From a virus, in the IMG/VR virus record IMGVR_UViG_3300025676_000013: DNA of 64,000 nucleotides. One strand, 5' to 3'. The position numbers and the translations under genes were made by a program. This document shows, one piece after another, positions 27,663-37,200 of this stretch. Every line of letters starts with the position of its first letter. Positions within the stretch are counted from its first letter, which is position 1. The notes beneath the pieces were generated by a model that saw nothing but the letters and a program-made list of their open reading frames with translations, was not told where the DNA came from and did not search any database.

Positions 27663-30600
27663 CTATGTCAGTGTCAATACTCTCATCTCTCGTACTGCTG
27701 GTAAATAGCACGGATGAGTCGTATGTAATTCAATTTTAACTCTAAAATGGTCAAATTCGTGAGACACTTTCTTCAATGGAGTGAAGGTATGCTCAATAAA
27801 TTCCATATTAGTTTGGATAGATGAGTTTGTAATCGTCACACCACTGTCTTTCATCTCCCTCCACGATACTGGTTCTTCTTCGATAACAGCAAGTCCGATA
27901 GGATAATCAGGATGTTCCGTTGGAACAATTGAATCAATCTCTAGTACAGGAACTTCTTGTTTAGAATATGTGCCATCAGCATTAATGACTTTCTCATAAA
28001 ACTTTCTATTCAAATCATCATCCCAAACTCCGAACCAAACATCTCCAACATCATATAATGAGAGGTCTGTTCCAGCACCTTGACCAGATGTGGTTACGTC
28101 TGAAGTTGCTCCTGCCAAATCTTTTCGACTTATGAAACACGTTCTAATGATTGATTTCATATTTGAAATGTCAACTAGGTGCATCATCGTTAAGTTGGCT
28201 GGGTCGTCATCACCATCTACATATGCGGTAGAGACTTCAGCACTAACACCCTGTCCAGGATTCGCTATGACTCCGTTCCAGTTAGCAATACCAGAGCCTT
28301 GGGCCGTGATAGTATTTTCAGGACTATTTGCTCCAGAAGGATAAATGTGTGCGTAATACTCTTCAAAATCATTCACGTTGTAATCACCGTGGGTGATGGT
28401 ATTCGCATATGGTTGAGTAGTAATATATCTTGGAATAACTGTACCTGTATCGTAGTAAACTTTGACGTATGTATTAGGAACTTCTTGTACACTAAGGAAC
28501 ATTTGCAAGTCACTAGCGAAATTCGCCAACTTGACATCCTTAGATTGATAGATTCCCATTTGATTCTTGACAGTTGGAGCCGTATCGTAAATAATATTAT
28601 TGACTAGAACTGTGCTTAATCTCTCTTTATTTAGTACAGGAGTAAGATTAGTATTATCGGTTTTAAATGTAGTATTGTATGATATTGGAGTATATTGATA
28701 ACCAGAAGCAATCGTATGACTACCGTCTAGAGATACAACATTTTCAAGTATGACATCTTCGTTATCTAAAACTCCACCATATATATTATTAATATCTCCG
28801 TTAACAACACCCTCTATATCTAAACTCGTTCCCGAAAGAACAAGTGGTTGAAAATTGGGCATAAATGATGCCGCTAATTTAGTATCACCGTATGGCTTCA
28901 TATCAAGTTGGAGGTCGCCAGTAGGGGTAAAGGCACATTTATTCATATCGAATTTAATGTCTTTTAATTGCTCTGCGGTCCAAGTTGTGTTATTCTGAGA
29001 AGTAAATAGGCTTCCAAGATATGGTTGTTCACTAATATATTTACCACTTAGCAAATCAACTTCTCCTAATTCAGAAATCCACATATTATATTTTAGGGAA
29101 TCCGATATCACAACAAAACAATACTCAGTCCCGTTCATTAGATAAATTGGGTCATCGAATTGGAATCGTGTGCTTACTGCTCCCGTTGTGGAAGTAGAAA
29201 CATCTTCAGGATAAAGCATCTTAGATGCCATCGGCACAACCGTTGTAGTCGGATAACCATTTGACATTGTTCTAATTTCTACTCGAACAGGAGTCTCTTC
29301 GTCATCTTTTGACCAGAAGAATAAATCGATTGAGTCTACAAATACTCCACCATCTTCGTCTGCTACTAAGAATGATTCTGCTACTGGGTCATACCACTCT
29401 GTTACATTTCTTGTTGTTCTACTTGTTCCAGATGTATCGCTTCTAGAAATTGTTCTGGTTTCACCTAATATAGCCCGAGTATCACTTATGGCTTCATCAA
29501 CCCTGTAACTTTCTAGTGTAGATAGAATATCTCTCTGCCGTCTATCAAGAGTACCAGCAGATGTAAATACTCCTACTGCTTGTGTAGTCATTAATTCTGG
29601 TGAAGTGAAATTGTCTTTCATTGCGAGTATCTTCATACCCGTTCTGATTCTAACTCCGTCTGCACCTTCTGAAGGAATCTGTAATACTGCGTTTCTTAGT
29701 CTACCAGCAGTATCAGTCCAAACAGCGTCACCCATTGCTCCTCCGTCTGGAGTAATATAAGCATCGACATTAATCTCATCAAATTCAAAGTGCATCTGAG
29801 TTGATGGACGTAATTTATCTACATCGATAGTTACAGGTACACTTCTCATCCAAGGAATAGCAGAACTGTCTACAAATCTATCACCGACTTGTGTGCGAAT
29901 ATCATTGATTTCCATATGAGACTTCGTACCAGTTCGTAATTGATTATTTGTTTGTTGTTGATTCTGGTCCCAAGTATCAACCTTTGTAATTTGTCTCCAA
30001 ACAGTCCGTTGTCGAGTAGGTCGATTATTAATGGTTCCCGAGCCCCAATGCCTTCCAGTTTCAAATGCTCGTTCAGTAGTTCCACTGCCACCACCAAAAC
30101 TAAGATTACCACCAAAGGTGATTGTTTCCGCACCTTCACGAACATTCTGTCTTCCACCAACGTCTGCCCATCCAGACCATTGAGTCTGCCAAGCATTCCA
30201 TCGAGTCTGTGTTCCAAAAGTTTCTACTTGTTGAGTTACAGCATTGTTATTTTCATTCTGAATAATAACATCTGGCATATAAAGTTCTTCAAACCAAGTA
30301 TCAGATTGAGGAGTTAATGTACAGAATCCAACCCAAGATTTACGAGCAAATGGATTCAAGTTAATAACTTGTGACCCCATCGGCTGAGTAATCCACGCTT
30401 CAATAACATCAAAGTCTAGAGTATATGTCAGATTATTTAATTTAACATTAGATTTTACACCACCTACCATATCCATACCATACATTTCGTAGGGTACAGT
30501 ACATATTCCTGCTTCTGGATAAATAGCACAATAATATGCTTCATCGATAACATCACCAATACCGTGGTCAACAAACGGGTCAACTAAGATACCATTTTTA

Positions 30601-33101
30601 TATCTTAGTAATCCTGCCGTGTCAAGCACCTGCATATCGGCAGTAGTCTTTTCTAGAAGATTAAGTGCAGTGTAGTATTCTAAATTTTCAAGTCTATTTT
30701 CTATGCCACGAATATCTTGCATCGTAAATCTTTTATTCTTTACGTGAGATACATTAATATTCTTGTGGTTATATGTGTACGCTGGTACAAATATATTATA
30801 CAAGGTCATCTCATTCAATTCTTCAGTAGGAAGAACTGGTTCAGTAGAAGGGAAGCCTTGTTTAATCTGTATCTTTCCATCGTCATTAATTGTCAGTCTA
30901 TCTTTTCGTGGGAGATAGAAATCATAAGATACTGAGATGTTAGAAGAAGGTAGTGGCAAATATGTGCCAACTGCGTAATCGTCATCCGATGCTCTAAAGT
31001 CCATCCCATCAGCGGAAGGGTGACTCAATCCTGTTGAGTCTCTATATCCAAAAATGTCATCATAAGTGATACCAGAATCTGTATAACTGTTTACACATCT
31101 ATATTGAGCGGTTGTGATATTACCAAGAATATAATGTTTATATGTTACTGTATATGTGCCAGGTTGACTTGGGTTAACTGCATCGTTCCAAGTTAATAGT
31201 GCATCGTTCAAAGAAGTATCAGTATCACCAGTTGTGAAGGTAAATGATGAAGTTACATCCGTAGTATCAGGTGCGATAATAGAAACAATTTCTTCAACTG
31301 CGTGTGCAATTGTTAATGTGTCAGTAAGTGAAAGAACATAATCGGTTGATGTTGTAGATTTTGTCAATGCTCTCCAAGAAGCATTTGACATATACATATC
31401 TGCCATAATAGAGATATTATGTCCAGACAAATTCGTTGATGTGTTACCTGTGACTTGGTCTACTATTTCAATAAGTGCAGTTGTATTTCCTGTTAAGTCA
31501 GCCCTCCACGTATCACCAGAAGCGACAGTACCATATTGAGGTATAACTTGGTTTGTAAATTCGTCCCAGATATAAAGAACTCGTTCCCAGTGCATATCAT
31601 TGAAAACTGCGGGTACTGAAGCAACTGCTCCAGATAAGATAGCGGTTAAATTCTTTTGTGTAGAGTATGTTACTTGTCCTAGAGATAGTGCAGAAGTAAT
31701 TGAATGGACCTTATAAATCCAAGGATAATTAACACCCTTACTAACTGCGATACCAGTTGGACGAGAGATTTTTGCGTATACATCGGCATTCGTTTCAGAA
31801 ACAATATATTGAGCGGGTGCGATAGCATCGAGGCCAGTATTGTTTTCTAGATAAATTCTGAATGCGTTGCCGTACTTTGTAACGTGTGTGATACGTTTTC
31901 TTATTCCGATAGTATTAACTGGACTCGTTGCAGAAGTGTAACCCGTGTCAGTAACAAGGATAACATATTCTTTATTCACAACATTAAACACGCCGTGCAT
32001 ATCATCAATAGATGCTACTTCAAAGTATGGTCCAAATTCAGGATTGATATGGTCATTCGCTACGTGGCGAGTTGTTCTTGCCCTATCTGCTTCTACAGTT
32101 AGAGGAACTAAGAGTTCGTGTTCATATCCATTAATGTATGCTTTAGATGGGTCAACTTTAATAGAATACTTATCAACCGTACTTCCCGTTTTAAATTCAA
32201 TTGGGAATGGATTAATAGTATAGTTGCCAGACTCATCGAATGTTCGTTGAGCCATTTCATTACTAAGAAGTGAATAGTCAGTAGCCTCATACTTAGTAGT
32301 AATGATGCCATTCGTGACATCCATCATCCACAACCACTTATTAGATTCAGCGGAGTTGGCCTCTGCAATCAATGTAAGAGAAATTTGATATCTATCTCCA
32401 CCTGGTGCATTCTGATTATAGAAACCAGAAGCAGGGTCAAGCAATCTTGGGTCAGTCGTTGATGCTACAATAGTTTCTTCAATATCGAATCCAACTTTTA
32501 ATGTTGGTGTTGCAGAAATTGGGTCTAAGAAAATAGTTTGTGCTAGAATAGGAGTGAAGAAATTATCTAGCCAATAAACACCGTTATCAACTCTTGCTTC
32601 TAGTCCTTGTCCTGTTCCTACGATGACGCCTGCTTTATATATTTGAGTCGCATCGTACCAATTGTTATCAGCACATTCACCGTTTACATCAAAGCCGCCT
32701 TCACAAACAGTATCGTAACTTAATAGATTTTCGTTTGCTTGAAATTGTCCAGAAAGTATTCTGTAGTAATAGATAGGTTGCGTTTCATCATCGTGAAGTT
32801 GAGTAATTTCTGCAACTGCATTAGATGTTTCACCATAAACAATACGATTCAACCAAGAGGTATCAACCACAGCAAGTTGCATCCATTCTCTTTTAGCAAC
32901 ACTAACTTCTCCGCCTACAACGGCAGAGCCATTCTTCCATATATGATTCGCAGAAGCGGACATTTGATTCTGAAGAATAGATTGTATTTGAGTTAATTCT
33001 CTGGCCTGAACTGCTCGACCAGGATTAAACAGAATCTTTAAAAATTTGTCATCCGCATTATAGTCATCATAATATGGAGATGTGTTGAAGTTATATGCCA
33101 T
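27663..33101 (-). CDS. DUF4815-type large virion structural protein (1812 aa)
   Basis: FNTSPYYDDY...ILFNPGRAVQARELTQIQSILQNQ; RFTMQDIRGIENRLENLEYYTALNLLE; DPVAESF. Confidence 0.88.
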   Translation of the reverse strand: MAYNFNTSPYYDDYNADDKFLKILFNPGRAVQARELTQIQSILQNQMSASANHIWKNGSAVVGGEVSVAKREWMQLAVVDTSWLNRIVYGETSNAVAEITQLHDDETQPIYYYRILSGQFQANENLLSYDTVCEGGFDVNGECADNNWYDATQIYKAGVIVGTGQGLEARVDNGVYWLDNFFTPILAQTIFLDPISATPTLKVGFDIEETIVASTTDPRLLDPASGFYNQNAPGGDRYQISLTLIAEANSAESNKWLWMMDVTNGIITTKYEATDYSLLSNEMAQRTFDESGNYTINPFPIEFKTGSTVDKYSIKVDPSKAYINGYEHELLVPLTVEADRARTTRHVANDHINPEFGPYFEVASIDDMHGVFNVVNKEYVILVTDTGYTSATSPVNTIGIRKRITHVTKYGNAFRIYLENNTGLDAIAPAQYIVSETNADVYAKISRPTGIAVSKGVNYPWIYKVHSITSALSLGQVTYSTQKNLTAILSGAVASVPAVFNDMHWERVLYIWDEFTNQVIPQYGTVASGDTWRADLTGNTTALIEIVDQVTGNTSTNLSGHNISIMADMYMSNASWRALTKSTTSTDYVLSLTDTLTIAHAVEEIVSIIAPDTTDVTSSFTFTTGDTDTSLNDALLTWNDAVNPSQPGTYTVTYKHYILGNITTAQYRCVNSYTDSGITYDDIFGYRDSTGLSHPSADGMDFRASDDDYAVGTYLPLPSSNISVSYDFYLPRKDRLTINDDGKIQIKQGFPSTEPVLPTEELNEMTLYNIFVPAYTYNHKNINVSHVKNKRFTMQDIRGIENRLENLEYYTALNLLEKTTADMQVLDTAGLLRYKNGILVDPFVDHGIGDVIDEAYYCAIYPEAGICTVPYEMYGMDMVGGVKSNVKLNNLTYTLDFDVIEAWITQPMGSQVINLNPFARKSWVGFCTLTPQSDTWFEELYMPDVIIQNENNNAVTQQVETFGTQTRWNAWQTQWSGWADVGGRQNVREGAETITFGGNLSFGGGSGTTERAFETGRHWGSGTINNRPTRQRTVWRQITKVDTWDQNQQQTNNQLRTGTKSHMEINDIRTQVGDRFVDSSAIPWMRSVPVTIDVDKLRPSTQMHFEFDEINVDAYITPDGGAMGDAVWTDTAGRLRNAVLQIPSEGADGVRIRTGMKILAMKDNFTSPELMTTQAVGVFTSAGTLDRRQRDILSTLESYRVDEAISDTRAILGETRTISRSDTSGTSRTTRNVTEWYDPVAESFLVADEDGGVFVDSIDLFFWSKDDEETPVRVEIRTMSNGYPTTTVVPMASKMLYPEDVSTSTTGAVSTRFQFDDPIYLMNGTEYCFVVISDSLKYNMWISELGEVDLLSGKYISEQPYLGSLFTSQNNTTWTAEQLKDIKFDMNKCAFTPTGDLQLDMKPYGDTKLAASFMPNFQPLVLSGTSLDIEGVVNGDINNIYGGVLDNEDVILENVVSLDGSHTIASGYQYTPISYNTTFKTDNTNLTPVLNKERLSTVLVNNIIYDTAPTVKNQMGIYQSKDVKLANFASDLQMFLSVQEVPNTYVKVYYDTGTVIPRYITTQPYANTITHGDYNVNDFEEYYAHIYPSGANSPENTITAQGSGIANWNGVIANPGQGVSAEVSTAYVDGDDDPANLTMMHLVDISNMKSIIRTCFISRKDLAGATSDVTTSGQGAGTDLSLYDVGDVWFGVWDDDLNRKFYEKVINADGTYSKQEVPVLEIDSIVPTEHPDYPIGLAVIEEEPVSWREMKDSGVTITNSSIQTNMEFIEHTFTPLKKVSHEFDHFRVKIELHTTHPCYLPAVREMRVLTLT

Positions 33102-33189
33102 TCGCTATTATCCTAAATATGTTCCTATCATCTTTAATGTTCCCTCCCCACTTTTGGAGAGAGAACATATATAACATCCTAAAGTATTC

Positions 33190-34200
33190 TTAGAATTCTA
33201 CTACGAGTTTCAAATCCTCAATCTGGTCAGATGCACGAGTAATAGCACGCCTGTTCTCAAGATAAATCAACTGTCCACTATCGCTTTCTAAACTTACGTC
33301 TGCATCAGCATATACGGATGCTTGGGCTTTCGTTCCGCCACCAGCAAGTTCTGGATTACGCAAGAGTCCGATTTGTCGAAAGTCATCGTTCTCTGGGAAT
33401 CCGTCTGAAGTCTCAAGTCTAACGTGAATCAATCCGTGGTGAGTTTTCGCTGTAAATATAGAATCTACATCACCGAAATCGGCCTGCTCAGACCCTGCAA
33501 GAACTCCTGTACCTGAAATAACTGGCATCCAGTCATTGGTAGTAGAGTTAATAATGTCGTTCAATTCTAGTTTATATAAGAATGTCCACGTATAGTTGTC
33601 AGATGTAGTAATCGCTTGAGCAACTAGTCCAGCGGCATCTCCAGTAAAGCCAGTTGGCTCTTCAGAAGCACCAGTAGGTAACCAAAGTCCACCTAAAGTA
33701 CCTTCACAAGTTGTTCGTGAAACAGCAGTTCCGCCATCAAAGACTCCACCAATATAGCATTTTCCGCCAGATGGTTCGCCTGTACACATATAAACTCGAT
33801 ATTCAGAATTCATCACAATACTGTGACTTCCGATTTTTGAAACAAAAGAACGGCCAGGTTCATCAATTCCTGTGATGCCGTTTGCGGCATCTCCGTCAAA
33901 TGCGATAGTATCACCTGTTTCCCAGTTAATACGTGGAAGCACGGGTGAGATATCATCATTCTGAATTCGCTTGGTACCAACAATGTCAGTCCAATATTGT
34001 GATTCATCCTCATCAAGAGGGTCAGGTAGAGTAAAGTTACCTGAACTTTCGTCATTTCCTTGAGCATCATTAGGCCAAGCGTCATTTCGCCCAAACCCTA
34101 GATACAGGAAGTTGTCGTCAACAGAACCAGTAGTTTTGAACTGGTCGATGAAAACCATCAAGTTCTGTGTTCTGAATTTACTGGTTACAATTGCACCCAT
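33190..34200 (-). CDS. gp8: Baseplate wedge subunit
   Basis: LYLGFGRNDAWP, YRVYMC, TSDNYTWTFLY, FRQIGLLRNP, GQLIYLENR..ITRASDQIEDLKLVVEF. Confidence 0.9.
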   Translation of the reverse strand: MGAIVTSKFRTQNLMVFIDQFKTTGSVDDNFLYLGFGRNDAWPNDAQGNDESSGNFTLPDPLDEDESQYWTDIVGTKRIQNDDISPVLPRINWETGDTIAFDGDAANGITGIDEPGRSFVSKIGSHSIVMNSEYRVYMCTGEPSGGKCYIGGVFDGGTAVSRTTCEGTLGGLWLPTGASEEPTGFTGDAAGLVAQAITTSDNYTWTFLYKLELNDIINSTTNDWMPVISGTGVLAGSEQADFGDVDSIFTAKTHHGLIHVRLETSDGFPENDDFRQIGLLRNPELAGGGTKAQASVYADADVSLESDSGQLIYLENRRAITRASDQIEDLKLVVEF

Positions 34201-34254
34201 TTTACTAACTCCTTAAATTATTATGTTCTGCTATCATTTGATATTTATCAGAAC

Positions 34255-34262
34255 TATTTATA
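34255..34262 (-). promoter_or_regulatory. Late promoter TATAAATA
   Basis: tatttata on +, upstream of gp8. Confidence 0.75.
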
Positions 34263-34290
34263 CGTTTGTTTAATTAAAATATTCACAACT

Positions 34291-37200
34291 TTATGCCGGT
34301 ACTGGCCATACGTTGCTATCGTCTACAGTAGTAGAGTGGACGTGGTCGCCTGCTCCAGAGCCCTGTGTGTTTTGTGACCACTGACCACCAATTGGAACAC
34401 TTCCCAAATATGATATTGTATCGTGGTTGTCATAGTCACTTGTTTGTGATATAATGTTATAAGTAGAACCATTCCACTCTAATACTAATTCGTGAGTGTA
34501 TACGGCCGCGTGTGTACTATCTCTCTGTGGTGTAGTTACATAAGTTCCACCAATCAAGGATGTATAATCTGCAACACTTATCCAGTAATCGTGGTCGTGG
34601 AATCCACCAGTTAGAGAGAATTTATGCACATATGTAGATGTTCCTGGTATAATATCCCATTGTGAAATACCAGCAACTACAAATGTTCCCTTTGCTCCCA
34701 TATTGGGATTAAATTTTATCGTATATCCGTGATAGTGGGAACTGGCTCCGTTTGGAGAATCAAAGAATATAATACCATAGTTGGCATTCTGAGCATTAAT
34801 CAAATCATTTGCTTGTGCCAAAGTAATTGGTTCACACGTTCTTCCGACATTAACTCCCGCTGAATCCAAAGAGCATCCATCATAAAGCAGGTGGTCGTGA
34901 CTTCCGATACCAGCAATAAACGATGGTTGCATCTGAACAATGGGCGGGTTGTTTGCCTGAAGGACATTATTTACATAAGTTTTTCTTTCCGTTAAGTCTT
35001 CCACTTCGGAAGTTGTTTGACTTGTCGTAACTTCAGACGTAATAACTGGGTCACCAACCGATGTTTCAGTACCATAATCTGAATAGTATATAATATCAGT
35101 CGTGGTCGTTGTAATCTGGACCGTTGACGTTGTTGTCGTTGTGATTAAATCACTATATGTTACGATAATAGTTGTATCACCAGTCGCAGGCGTATCTGGA
35201 TACGTTGTTGTGACTGGTAGTAATTCGGTTGAAGCCTGCGTAACAACAACACTCGGTGCCGCAGAAAGAACTTCATCAGTTGATGTAGTCTTCGTTATAT
35301 ATATGCTACCACCAGTTTGCTGTGGTATTGCAACTAGATTTGGATTCCAGTCAATTGTCAAGTTATGCCAGTGAAGTCCTTCAGCCGCATTCTCAACTAC
35401 AGATACATAATATTTAGTAGGGTCTTGAAGTGAATCTTCAATGCCACCTTTAATCCAAGTCACTGACCAATCAGCATAGAATATATTATAATTAGTATCC
35501 CATTTAATTCTGTACTCGTGAAAGTGAGCACCCTCAATTGAATCGTAAATAGTAACACTATCTACAACACCATCAATCAGTTGCATACCTTGGTCAATCG
35601 TCATTCCGTGAGCGTAAGAAATCTGTCCAGTCAAAGCCCCTTCTGCAAATGGTCCCACAACTGTATCATTATGAAAGTGAGGGTGAGAACCACCTGGATA
35701 AGGATATCCAGGAGAAGCAAATGTCGGTAGAATTTCCATCATCTCATTATAACCTGGTCGTGAAAACAGATTAGAGATGTTCGTTGGATGTGCGTGTGAC
35801 CTTGGGTCTGCGGAATAGAATTGATGTCCGTCAGATGATTCCCATTTCTCAGTATCTAACGCAACGAAACTTAATGTATTTGGGTCGTATGTAATTGTGA
35901 TTCCGTGATAATGGTCTCCGCCTGAGATAGATGTATATGTTTTTACTTCAGTCACTTCACCATTAATCAAATCAGTTGCTTGATTATCATCTAATGGTAA
36001 TGCTTGTCTGCCAGTGTGTGTTCCGAGAGTGTCTAATGTTGTTCCGTTAAATGCGTGTAGATGGTCTGGTTCAGAGCCTTCTAATTTATGCCAATCGTGT
36101 GCATTTGATAATGTAACATCAGGAGCAGTATACAATGGTGTACCATTCCAACCAAGATGGGTCGTTATACCATTAACTAAAAGGGTATGCTCGTGAGTTC
36201 GTAGATGTGTATCTACTGCTTCCCATTCTCCAGTACCGTTTTCATCCCACATCTCAGCCATTTCGTCTGCAACAAATTGTTGCGTAGAAAGATTCCACAT
36301 AATTTTATATACGTGATAATGTTGATGCTGGCCAGAATCTTCAATAGAAGAATAAACATAAAATGCGTTTACTACTCCATTAGCAAGTTCTTCTGCTTGT
36401 ATTCTCGTAATCGGTACAGCCGTTCTACCATCATTAGCACCAAATGTATCTAGTGTCTCACTATTGAAATAGTGGATGTGAGCGTTCTCGCCATATTCGT
36501 TTGCTCCAAGTATCTCTACTACGGGAGCAGTCTCAATATAAAATGTTCCGTCATCATCGTCATCATCGACAGCAAGATAAGGCGTATCAGAGCCTGTGTC
36601 GTATGGTTCCCAAACTAGAGTTAGAGGATTCAAATGCCATCCAGCAGATGAACCAAGAAGAATATTTTCATCTACTATTCCAGTCCACGAAGTAATTACA
36701 GGATGCAAGTGAGAGACAGGAGTATTATAAGTCCATATAGGGAAGAAAGCATCCCAGTCAGTCATTTCAATATCAGATATCTCAGTTGCAGAGAATAATT
36801 CTGTGTTAATGTCGTATACTACTTTATATCCGTGAACGTGAGCCGTTTCAGAAGCAGGGATTTGTGAAGATGCACCCGTTTCTGTAGAGGAATCATATGT
36901 ATCAGTTAGTTTGTATATATCACAATTCTGTGGGCCAGTTCCTTGATAACTATCAATACCAATTCTTGTAGCCATATAAAGTTCGCCATTAGTGTCTTCA
37001 CCTAATGTCAATATAGATTGGTCGTGAGTTGTTAAGTTCAATACAGATGTTGCAGGGTCCCAGAAAGATAAATTCTTTCTTGTATATCCTACATCGCCAT
37101 TGTATTCGATAAATGTGAATACATCGTGGTTCTCCATATTCGTTTGTGCTATCAGATTCCAAGTATTGAAAGCCGCATTCCATATAATGGAGAATGTGTG

